Part shown: piece by piece, positions 1-11,054 of the stretch
Layout of the letters: each line of letters starts with the position of its first letter
Numbering within the stretch: the stretch's first letter is position 1
Origin: Antedon mediterranea
Taxonomy: Eukaryota > Animalia > Echinodermata
NCBI RefSeq assembly: GCF_964355755.1
Contig: NC_092676.1
Coordinates: forward strand, 25,748,871-25,812,870
Direction of reading: 5' to 3'
Length of the DNA stretch: 64,000 bases
The notes under the pieces: model-generated
The model's database searches: none
Seen by the model: only the letters and a program-made list of their open reading frames with translations
Told to the model about the DNA's origin: nothing
Position numbers and translations under genes: made by a program

Positions 1-268
1 AAATCCGTCTCGATTTAGTCGAGGTTGGCCTGATTTAGTCGGTGATTTAGTTGAAGTTCGGTTTATGAATTAAAATGACGTCATTTTTTTAGTTTTAGCT
101 CGAACTACGACTAAAGTCCGGTTTAAGAATACGGGCGTTAAAGTCCACTAAAAACTTTTATCCTGCTGATGTTGTAATCAAACTTTTCACAACTGGCACT
201 TTTTATTGAAACAAATCCAATCAACTACATTATTTGTTTTCATTTATCTTTTCTTCTGACTTTGGCAG

Positions 269-583
269 AATGCTTTGAAGACAGAGACCTTGTATTTATC
301 TGCAATCATTTAGGCTCGGAATGGAGAAGGCTAGCAGTGCGACTTGGCATTAAATGGATAGATATCGATAAAATCACAGACACAAATAGAAACATCAAAG
401 ACAGCATGATGGATTCCCTGGTTTCTTGGAGAGATAGATGTGCAAACCAAATTCCTACAATAATCAAGGCTTTAAGACAACAAGAACTTAATAGTTTAGC
501 TTGCGACCTGTGCAGAAGACATGCCTACTTAGAGAATAAGAGTTTTGAAGAAGTCGCAGTATTTCAAGACCAATCAAAAAATG
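269..583 (+). CDS. Death-domain exon (internal exon of a gene that begins upstream of the window)
   Basis: ttggcAG acceptor at 267-268 and ATG|GTTAGA donor at 584; symmetric phase 1-1 exon. The peptide (DLVFICNHLGSEWRRLAVRLGIKWIDIDKI...MDSLVSWRDR...IIKALRQQELNSLA) has the death-domain pattern: W..LA..LG, then L..W, then L..AL. Confidence 0.85.
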
Positions 584-1407
584 GTTAGATAATACTGTTC
601 TATAAGCATACATGGTACTTGCTATAGTATCTATACATTTTGAATTATAACACACCTTGTATTCTTGCAATTTGATTGGTTAAGTACGCATTACATGTCA
701 TTTGGAATTAGCCTACCTTACAGAAAAGTAATATCTAATGGTGATAATTAACCCGCTCTAATGCACGTTCAGCTTTTTGTAAACATTTTAAGAATTTTTG
801 CCATGTGACGTTGGCTGATCGTGTCCGAAAATCAACCGTCTGTAACTGTTCTGCTCTGTGTCCAAAGTTGAGTACTTGCTTTTTTAAGGACCTAGCTTCT
901 CCTCTAGCATTTGTCAATGATTTATGATGGTTAAATTAAGTTTGTTATAAAACAAATAATGAATGTTTTGTATTCGTTGAATGGAGAAAATATTTCATTC
1001 GATGACAAATCGACTGCTCTTATATTTTCAACTCGGCCTCATTAAAAGTAGAGAAGTCAATCTTTCAACTTGTAAAATTTTCTCACCATCCAACTCATAA
1101 ACATTCATTATTTGTATAATAATACAATTTTACTGTGTCAACTTTCTTGTACTACATTATCACAATTATTTAGAGAATGAATATAAATTTCAATTTGTAA
1201 CATTTATTTTAACCATCAATAAAAATGAATATAAATATAGATTACACTATTAATGTTGGTAAATAATTTAAGGTACGATCGCAAACCAATCATAATTTTA
1301 AAATAAAAAAAAACCAAATTCCAATCAAATGCCATTTGAAGTAGGCATATAGAAAAAACATCTAGTCCACTTTTAAATTGTTAGAGTAAACTTCATTTAT
1401 TTCACAG

Positions 1408-1664
1408 GATGCTTAACAGACTTACATCTTTTAACAATTTCTGAGATGATGGATGAAAATTGGATGGAATTTTGCATCAGACTTGAAATTCCTAGACAGA
1501 AATTGTTACAGAATAAAGAAAAATATCCAATGGCAATTGTAGATGCAACTATGCATTCTCTGATTCAATGGAGAGACAAGCAGAATGATGATGTGAACCA
1601 GTGGCAAACAGTAAGGGAAGTCTTGAAGAAAGTTGGAAGAACAGATATTGTAGAGAAGCTATGA
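1408..1664 (+). CDS. Second death-domain exon, probably terminal, of the same gene
   Basis: ttcacAG acceptor at 1406-1407 in phase 1, in frame with the previous exon. GCLTDLHLLTISEMMDENWMEFCIRLEIP...HSLIQWRDKQ...VLKKVGRTDIVEKL* is a typical death domain ending in GRxD. Confidence 0.8.
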
Positions 1665-3479
1665 AAGACATGTTTTGAACAATAATGGTACAGTATGAAG
1701 TTCGTAGAGATAAAAGTTATCTGATTATACAGCTTGGAAGCATTCCTTTCAAATTTCGTTAAAGATGTATTGTAACCCCAAAACATGAAAAATAAAGATG
1801 AATCAAATTAAAATTTGAATAAACCATTTTGTAGTTTAATAAATTAAAAAATATTGACTGGTTTTTATAGAACAAGTTTGCTAATTTCTTTATTTGACCT
1901 TCATTTTAAGAGAAATTATGTTTTTTTCTGTCATAATTTCTGTTATTTCATTTATGTACATTTTACCAAATATTATATTTGCAATTCATGCCATGTACCT
2001 GAGCTTTAAAATGGCCTATTTAACATTTGTTTATATTTTTTTTCAGAGAGACAACATGTCAACATTTCAATTTGATTGAAACTGAAAAAAAGCTTCAGTT
2101 GACATGTTTTTGGGATTCTACGACTGAACCACAGAATAAATGAACATGTACACACGTACAGCTGGCATATTATACACTTTGAATGTCAACTAGGCAGTGG
2201 CATTGTGAACCCACTACACCACGTCTGTGGAGTTGTGTACGACAACTGCATACCCATCTATAGTAAAAACACCACCGGACTCCAGTGATGCTTTAATATT
2301 GACCTTATTTCAAGTGATTTAGTAATTCATGTTTTTATAATGTATATATATTTGTAAATTTGATTGTGGATAAAAACAAACTACTACAGTAGGTTGCTCT
2401 TTGAAAGTGTGTCAATGGTTTATGGTGATAAAATATAAATAACTAAAAGCAGAATTTTTGGAAAGAATTAAAATCAAGCACAGGCAATACAATGACGGTA
2501 TTTCAAGAAATGGCCACATTAAAAAGGAGATGTCCATCATAATTGTGTAAATTAAATAGGGACTTCCAGCTAGTTTTAAAACTGTAAAAGATAAAATGAC
2601 TAACCTGCATCTCTTTGTTTAACGGTAGTCAATAATATAAAGAACGCTGTTCGTGGGAACACCGTGGTTAATCCGTGATTTCAAATTTGATCCCAATATG
2701 CTGTATTGGAATCAGAATATATATCTGTAATAATATTCAATCATGTACCAAGTATATAACATGTTTATATAAATCTAGTGTTCCACAGTCTTAGGGCTCT
2801 ATGTATTATATATTATGTAAGCTTATATTTTTCCAAGGTAAACAATCCTAATGATTTGTTGGCCAAATATCTCGATACATTCTGTGGTAATTAGAGGTTT
2901 GTGAATTTAGACACTAATTGATAATAATAATTATATTTAGATTTGAACTCGCTACTAGGATGAGTTAGGTCATTTTTACAAAATGATGTGAAATTTGTGC
3001 ACAGAACCTAATCCTGGCCCCATGATGTAATCCAACATCTAATAGGCCAAATTTTAAATTCATATCTCAACTCATTAACTTCCATGAAAAGTAATAAGTA
3101 CACTGTGGAATATGTATACATTTATATTAATCAACACAGACAATGATTTCCATACAATTTATTTGACTTTTGTGTCTTTTTTTTTTGGCATTAATCATTT
3201 TGTGTACAAAAAATGGAATATCAAATTAATTAAAAACATGAAAAGATGCAGAAAATGTGTTTTTATAAAAATCTAAACTGTATAAAAAAAAGAGGCAATT
3301 TTAAAATGTACTGTTATATATATCAAATCACTGTTTATTTCGAAATTTAGAGGAAAAGAACAATTATTGTGACATTAGATAGAAAAGCAGGTTATAAGCC
3401 TCATGTATTAAAACTTTTATTTGCAGAAAATATGTACCTGTATTTTGTTATTATTAAAGTAAATCTAGAGTAGAGTAAA

Positions 3480-4450
3480 TCTCCATTTCATTTCATTTTT
3501 CATTTATTTATTTGACCAAAAAAAAACAACAAATAATCAGGTCAGGAAAAACAAAAGCGACCTATGAACCAATGAGTCAGTAACTCATTCATACAATATA
3601 AAAATATATAGATTTGGTAATTATGAAAAACACTATTTACAATAAAATTCTTTTACAGTATATAAAAATTTAAGATTTCGATAAAAATATAAAATTAAAA
3701 AAAAAACCTAAAGAAGATAATAAAAATAAAAATTCTTTTTTTTCCCCTATAAATTTTTGCCTGTGTTTACAAAGTTTAAACACTAGTATTTTTTATTTGT
3801 TTCCTGACAATACTTTTGGGTGGTATTTGCCTTTTAGTGATAACAATTAAGGATATCAATTTGTTTGTTGAATTGCTGGAAAATTTCAAAGGGATATAAG
3901 TGTTTATAACTGACAATTGCTCAATGTTGTGGAATAGATTGATGTGACAGTACATAGAATGAGATTTTATATGGGTCGAGCTGAAGATGTAAAAGTGTAA
4001 AAGTTTATGGCTTACATCAAAGATTCGTAACTTTTTTCTTATGTGCAACGTTTAAAAATCAAAATCTGCGAGGGCAAAAAAGGAACCTCAACCTTGATTA
4101 TAGTTGATTACATCAGCTTTTTATTTTGTGTGACGACCAGAACTGATATTAATGGTGCCTTTTTTTTCTATAAACTCCTACTTGATAAATTGCTCCATTC
4201 TGCCCTTGCCAAGAAACTGTTGAGATTCCAGAGCAAGAAATAGGCCCTAACCTAATGGCTGCCTGGGATTGTCCAGCCATATTGAAAGAGTTATTGATTG
4301 ATTTTTGTGTAGTCCAAAATATTGCATAGCGATTCTCTATAGTTATTAATGCAATATTTGTACATCTTGTTTTGTTGTTTAAAATCTTCACTGTAACTTT
4401 ATAATTTCGTTATTATTTTACCAAAATAATAATAAGCCTTTTGAATGGTA
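3480..4450 (-). mobile_element. Possible degenerate 3' fragment of a LINE (L1/Tx1-like)
   Basis: Broken minus-strand reading frames with LINE C-terminus-like peptides, plus an AATAAA/(TGAAA)n tail at the 3480-3510 end. Weak. Confidence 0.3.
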
Positions 4451-4720
4451 TACGTCCTGCCAACACTTAATTTAATGTCTCGGAAATTGGCCAATGAACA
4501 AGTTGGCAGGTGGTCTATTAGATTATAACAAGATTCAACGGCATGCTCTACATAGGAATATTGGACACAAAGATGGCCGGTAGTTTACCACGTGACTTTC
4601 TAAAATCCGTGAACTGAATGTCGTCTGTGTGATTGTCCAGAGCCATATATATAAACACATCGGGCAAAGAACATTAATTCTAAACAGCCCGGTGATATAC
4701 TGAAATTTAATTAATTAATT

Positions 4721-4917
4721 TGAAACGATAAAGATGAGGAAATCTGTTAGAATGAGAAAAAGTCACCCCAACCGAGACTCGAACTCGGACCGTCTGCTTG
4801 ATATGCAGTTGTCCTAACCATTAGACCACTTCATGGTATTGTTCAAACTCGATTGGATAGCGACTCTATAACAGATTTTTCTCATTCTCACAGATTTCCT
4901 CATCTTTATCGTTTCAA
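4721..4917. repeat. Hairpin element (about 40-bp inverted repeats) enclosing a tRNA-derived segment
   Basis: ttgaaacgataaagatgaggaaatctg at 4720 is inverted at 4890-4917. The internal 4763-4838 on the minus strand reads GTGGTCTAATGGTTAGG...GAGTTCGAGTCTC (A box and B box). Confidence 0.6.
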
Positions 4918-5045
4918 TATATATATATTTATTATATACTTTTGCCTAGTTATATTTGTATAAACAGTTACTGTAAATACAATAGTATGCATATTAACAG
5001 TTATGGTCTAAGTGCATAAACAATACTGGTTCTATATCTAATTAG

Positions 5046-7027
5046 GGTTCTAGGACACCTACCCCCTAGACAGTTATCCCCCAGATGTTTACCACCCGGA
5101 CAACTACCCCCTTAGGACAACTACCCCCGGACAACTACCCCCTTAGGACAACTACCCCGTTAGGATAACAACCCCCGGACAACTACCCCCCGGACAACTA
5201 CCCCCTTAGGATAACTACCCCCCGGGTAACTACCCCCGGTCAACTACCCCCCCCCCCCCCCCCACCCCCAATCCAAAAGTAGAAAAATATATAGGACCGG
5301 TTTCTGTAAAAATGAAATCATCTGTTTTTAACGGGTGTTTCGAAACTAGAGACCCGAGACCAGAGACCTGACACGAGACCCAATACAAAAAGGGAGACCT
5401 ATATTTGGGTCTCCCTTTTCGTATATTAGGGTTTCCCTTTTCGTATAGTGTGGTCTCTCTTTTCGTATAGTGGGGTCTCCCTTTTTTTATAGTGGGTCTC
5501 CGTTTTCGTATATTTGGGTCTCCCATTTTGTATATTTGGGTCTCCCTTTTCGTATATTTGGGTCTCCCTTTTCGTATATTAGGGTCTCCCTTTTCGTATA
5601 TTAGGGTCTCCCTTTTCCTATAGTGGGGTCTCCCTTTTCGTATAGTGGGGTCTCCCTTTTCGTACGTTTGGGTCTCGGGTCTCTGGTCTCTGGTCTCTAG
5701 TTTCGAAACACCCGTTTTTAACCGATTATTCTGTTTAACAGCACGCTAGACCCTAGATGTGCTAGATTTAAAGTACCGTATTTATTGACAAAACGGCCTG
5801 GGCTGTTTATTGTTTAGGTGGTTTTTAGGTGGACATTTATTGGAAGAAAGTTGTTTATTCAATGGGAGGGGGTATAATCTAATGGAAATAGACGCCGATT
5901 ATTCCATATGATATTTCATGGGAGTGACATGATCACCGTTTATTTGAGGGGAATTTATTTAAAGATCGCCGTTTATTCGGTGAGTGAACATTGAGGTCAA
6001 ATATCAAAAGTGATATTATTCTTCAAGTGTACAAAAATACATATATGACAAATTTGAGACAAAAATTAATTCTTTTAAGACCAGTGGTTATCGAAGCATT
6101 GTCCTGATGCAAAAATTATTATTATTATTAGCGAACCCAGTCTTTACAGTAAATACAGGGAGTACTATATAATACGTTCGACTATCCTATGATCATGTGT
6201 GACAATCTTCAGTTTAAACCAGGCTATATTTATGTTCAATCTTTTACTTTTGTTTACAATAATGAATAGTAATTCGTCAAAGTAACGAATTAAAATATAG
6301 TTATTAATTCCTATTATACACTGTTGCAGAGTCAGGTTGTTGAATGGTCTGGGTGGTAGTTGTCCGTCCGGGGGATAGTTGTTCTAAAGGGATAATTGTT
6401 CTAAAGGGATAGTTTTCTGGGTGGTAGTTGCCCAGGGGTTAGTTGTCCTAAAAGATTATTTTCCCTCGGAGTATTGTCCAGGTCCAGGAGGTAGTTGTCC
6501 TACGGGGAGTATTGTGTCAGAGGTGGTTGTCCGCGGGGTAATTACCCGGGGAGGGGGGGGGGGGGTAATTGTTCCTAGGGGGTAATTGTCCGGGGGTAGT
6601 TGTCCATGGGTTAGTTGTCCTACGGAGGTAGTTGTCCTAAAAGATTATTTGCCCTCGGAGTATTGTCCAGGAAGTAGTTGTCCTACGGGGAGTATTGTGT
6701 CAGAGGTAGTTGTCCGCGGGGTAATTACCCGGGGGGGGGGGGGGTAATTGTCCGGGAGATAATTGTCCGGGGGGTAATTGTTCCTAGGGGGTAATTGTCC
6801 GGGGGTAGTTGTCCGGGGGGTAGTTGTCCGGGGGGTAGTTGTCCTAAGGGGTTGTTGTCCTAAGGGGGTTGTTGTCCTAAGGAGGTATTTGTCCGGGGGT
6901 AGTTGTCCTAAAGGGGTAGTTGTCCTAAAGGGGTAGTTGTCCTAAGGGGGTAGTGGTCCAGGTGGTGGTTGTCCGGGGGGTAGTTTTCCGGGGGGTTAAA
7001 AGTCCAGGGGGTGAATATCTGGATACG
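5046..7027. mobile_element. Foldback-type DNA element whose arms are GGACAACTACCCC tandem units
   Basis: Left arm 5050-5260 (ggacaactacccc)n; right arm 6350-7020 (ggggtagttgtcc)n; flanks ctaattag and ctaatttg resemble a TSD with one mismatch. Confidence 0.75.
5333..5713. mobile_element. Short foldback/MULE-like element with a 9-bp TSD, nested in the previous element
   Basis: TIRs gggtgtttcgaaactagagacc...ggtctctagtttcgaaacaccc; perfect TSD gtttttaac at 5324-5332 and 5714-5722; internal 22-bp unit gggtctcccttttcgtatattt. Confidence 0.9.
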
Positions 7028-8272
7028 CTAATTTGGTATGGTTATTATATGTTTTCTATTGTAGTTATGGAGAAAATAACGTTAATATGTAATTATATTT
7101 CCGTCATGGTTGTTGTACGTAAGGTGGGGGTTGGGGGGGGGGGGGTGTCATTATTAGTGATTGGTTTTATTTAAATTATATGTTGTAGGCCTACTTGTTA
7201 TATTGGGAGAAGGGGAAGGAGGGAAATGAATGGGTTTTATTACATGTTACCGTATGTAGTTTAAGTAAGATTACCTATGTTTTTGTCTATTTTGTGCTTT
7301 TCATTTTTTATATATTTTTGTTGGATGCACCTTCAAAATGTGAAGTGTGCCACTGCTACAAAAGTGAAGTTCCGAAATAATTATTATGGCTCTGTGATTG
7401 TCGCCTATATTGCGCCCTCTATTTTCAAAATTCAACTACTCGCGCGCTAACTTGCTGCCAGCAGCATGTTGCTACTTCTAGAAGTTTTATAATCTAGGAC
7501 TACTCTACTAGCCTGCCTAGGCCTACACAGCCTTTACATTGGTATTTCCGGTCATTCATTTGTTTTAATTTACTTCTTCCAGTGTGTTTTGGTCCATTTT
7601 TTTGGTCAGACACTCTTCCTGTGTCTTTCCAGCGTCACCATGGCATGGCCCTGCTGGCCATCATCGACCGTACCCCAAAACGGGGGAAATCCCTGATTCG
7701 CTGCTGCTTCTGCTGCTGCCACCAAAGAACAAACGTGTACGTGGCTTGTGTGTATCGTAAATTAGTTGCAATATAGCAGTCGTACAATTTTCCCTTGATT
7801 GATTATTTTCAAACCAAAGTCTAAATAAAGACCATCATTTATTACTGGTAAGATTTTTAAAAACTCCTCCAATTAATTTATATTTTAGTATCCCTAACTT
7901 AACTAGGCCTACAGCCTAGCTAGGCCTAGATGGGCCCTGCCCTGAGGGAGGTTAGGCTAGGCGAAATTTAGTACAGTCCTTTCCTTAGTACCTACCTAGA
8001 GTAGTAGTAGGCGGCAGGCCTAGTATAGGCCCGGTTAGATAGCTAGCTAGCTATTGGCCTAGCCTAGGTATAATAATAATAGAAAAATAAGTTTTATTTA
8101 AAAATTTGAAGAAAGCCTTTCCTTCCTTCTTTTAACGTTTTCTGTCTTCCGACATTACGCTTTCCACAATTTGTTTCCATTTTTGTCTGTTTACGGCAGG
8201 GTGGTTTGTTATTGCATAGAGATATAATAATATCTCTATGGTTATTGTGTTAGTGTCTACATGTCCTTGTAA

Positions 8273-8610
8273 TGCACTTGTCAATTGTATGACCCACTAT
8301 ACGACCCCCGGGAGAGGTGCGTCATGGGTGCGTCATTTACAAATAATTACTGACGCAGGGGTGCGTCAAAAAACCTAGATGGTACGTCACATCAATGAAC
8401 AAGGTTTGTCAATGTCCGTCACTTTACCACCCACCATATCATAAACAACATGGCCACAGTGCGTCAAAATGGGTGCGTCATGGTCACCTAAAGGTAAGTC
8501 ACCTTTTTGACGCACGGGTGCGTCATGGTATTCAAAAGTATGACGCACATCTGACAAATGACGCACCTCTCCCGGGGGTCGTATAGTGGGTCATGCAATT
8601 GACAAGTGCA
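8273..8610. mobile_element. Palindromic MITE with TAA TSD (PIF/Harbinger-like)
   Basis: TIR of about 50 bp, tgcacttgtcaattgtatgacccactatacgacc, inverted at 8560-8610; TAA at 8270-8272 and 8611-8613. Confidence 0.85.
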
Positions 8611-8994
8611 TAAGTCTTTCTTTATTTGATTCATCCAGTTATTTCTTGGTCTTCCTACGGGTCGTTTTACTTTCCTGTTAGTTTCCTTCATTGTTTGTTT
8701 GATTGGGGTATCATCCGGTAATCTAATTATGTGTCCATACCATTTTAGTCTCCTTCGTTTAATTCTTTTACTCCATTCTTCTTGTTTTGTTATCTCATAT
8801 AAACTGGTAAAGAAACATCCTATTCTTTTACATGCAAAATTGCTTATCATATAATTTTTTTTAAGGGATGAAAAAAAAAGTACGGTATTATTGTTATTGG
8901 CAAAATAAAAACGTAATTATCAATCCAATTTATTCCATGATCTTTCAATAATGGTGAGACAATGTATTAATCACATATATAAATTCATAAATAA

Positions 8995-9180
8995 ATCCTA
9001 TAGAAATTCTATAAAATTATAGGTTCTATAGAAAAAAAGAAACATTCTATAGACACTAAATAAATTCTATAGAAATTGAAATATGTTTCTATAGAAATTT
9101 TGTACTTCTATAGAATACCATAGAGCTCTATAAAATGTTCTATAGAACTCTATAGAATTCTATAGAACTTTTTGTAAGGG
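8995..9180. repeat. (TTCTATAGAA)-rich arm of a non-autonomous DNA element
   Basis: Repeated palindromic ctatagaa units ending in tttttgtaaggg. Confidence 0.55.
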
Positions 9181-9259
9181 ATATTTTCATGTTACACACT
9201 CTATCTGTTAATTTAATATTTATCATCTTTCGCAACATTTTCCTGTGATATATATCTAT

Positions 9260-10227
9260 GGGTGCAGGTCAATTCGGCCCCAAACCGTTTCGGCCAAAGT
9301 CAAGTCGGCCCAACGTCAAGTCGGCCCCAAGTCAACTCGGCCTCAAGTCAACTCGGCCTCAAGTCAACTTGGCCAAAAACTAATCGGTCAACTCGGCCAC
9401 AATAAAGTATGGAACGCAAAAAGTGCTTAATATTATTATGATTATTACTATCCACGCTTTAAAAAAAATGAAGAAATAAAAAATATAATATAAAAAAATG
9501 ATCTCATTGCCGATATGAATAGAAGTACCTGTGTGTTACAAAAACTCGTGCAGGTAGGCCTATCACATTTTAGTAAATCGAAAACGTAGGCCTACGTTCC
9601 ACCATTTGGCCATAGAAAAAATGATCGTACATATCGTTTTTGTCCATGATTTGCGTTTTAAAAAAAGGGGAATCCCCAGCGAAAACACGTAGCAGTTGTA
9701 TATCGAAATAGCTGCCAAAGGCGCAGGTAGGGAGGCGCAGCTACGAATTGGTCTCAGATGTTGTCGCCTAATCAAATGCATACACTGAAGAAATCTACGC
9801 GTGATTCAACAATGGAGTTAACATTATTTTATACATCAATGATTCAACCAAACAATCTTATTACACCTAATAAATGTCCTCGCATATCGGACATGTTTAT
9901 TGAATTTTGACGCACAAACGAACATACGCGCCCACGTACGTGCATCATCATTATTGGGCCAACAATGTGTTCCTATTTATTATCCAAATGTTCATTATAA
10001 TCATTAATAATAGTATGAATGCTTATTAATCAATCAAAAATGTGAATAAATATTATTTTATCAATCCCCTTCATTTGCACTTTTTGCGTTCCATACTTTA
10101 ACGGGGCCGAGTTGACCGATTATTTTTTGGCCGAGTTGACGTGAGGCCAAGTTGACCTGGGGCCGACTTGACTTGGGGCCGACTTGACTTTGGCCGAGAC
10201 GGTATAGGGCCGACTTGGATCGAAATC
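9260..10227. mobile_element. Foldback element with AAGTCAACTCGGCC tandem arms and an 8-bp TSD
   Basis: Left arm 9260-9430 is inverted at 10075-10227; TSD atatctat at 9252-9259 and 10228-10235. Confidence 0.85.
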
Positions 10228-11054
10228 ATATCTATACTCTCTTGTAATTTTTTGTTTAGTACCCAGAGTTCACTGTTATATAAGAAAATACTTGCTATGT
10301 ATGCATCAAACAAATGGCATTTCACGTCTATAGACATCGTTTTGTGTTCTAGCGACGACTTCAGCTTGTTATACCATAGCTGCTAGTGATTTTCTTCTTT
10401 TAATGTCTTTTTCTGTGTCCAAGTTACTACCGAGGTATTTGCATTCTTCCCATTTACTATCGGTGTTTCTTCCTATTAGGTATTCTTCTGTTTTAAAGCC
10501 TAATCTTACATATTGCTACCAAATTTATTGTAGGAAGTGATTTAATTAATAATTGTATGTACAGTATGCTAGCAGTGTGATCTTCAGTAAAGTATGTGTC
10601 TAAAATCGTGTCCCGGCGATACTTTAGTGTGATAGAGACTGAAAATTCATCATTAAAAATAATTCCTAACCCGTTATTTTTTCTATCTTTGTATATTCCA
10701 TAAATGTGACGGATATGACAACAACAACATTGAACCATGTATTTATAAATACGAATAAAATACGAAATATATAATAAAGATTGCGCCAAACATACGCTTG
10801 CCATGTAATACATGTTTATTTATCTGAATAAACTTTTAAAATTTTAAAAATGCAAGTTTTACAATTGATTTTGTTATAAACCTGAAATTAGACACTTACT
10901 GAAGAATGACCCTTATTAATTATGCGTCAGGCAAAATAATATTATAAAGTATATATAAATTGTGTATTTTTTAATTCTTTTTTTATCATGTTGCCGATTT
11001 TTTTTAGTGGCTATAAACAATACTAATCTATAATTCTTCTAGATTTTAGTAAAA

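Larger units (their letters stand above)
8100..10490 (-). pseudogene. Fragmented LINE ORF2 C-terminal part (RTE-like), interrupted by at least three DNA-element insertions
   Basis: Minus-strand peptides WEECKYLGSNLDTEKDIKRRK, LFDAYIASIFLYNSELWVL and RRRLKWYGHIIRLPDDTPIKQ...RPVGRPRNNW; the KYLGS and W.GH..R/GRP motifs are typical of RTE-clade ORF2. Confidence 0.75.

Noticed and set aside
2047-2079. Possible extra coding exon of the DD gene (tttcAG|AGAGACAAC)
   Set aside because: The preceding exon already ends in a stop at 1664 with no convincing donor; it may be a UTR exon but cannot be supported.
4763-4838. Functional tRNA genes here and at 18280-18348
   Set aside because: Acceptor stems pair poorly, the anticodon loops are atypical, and both are embedded in repeats.
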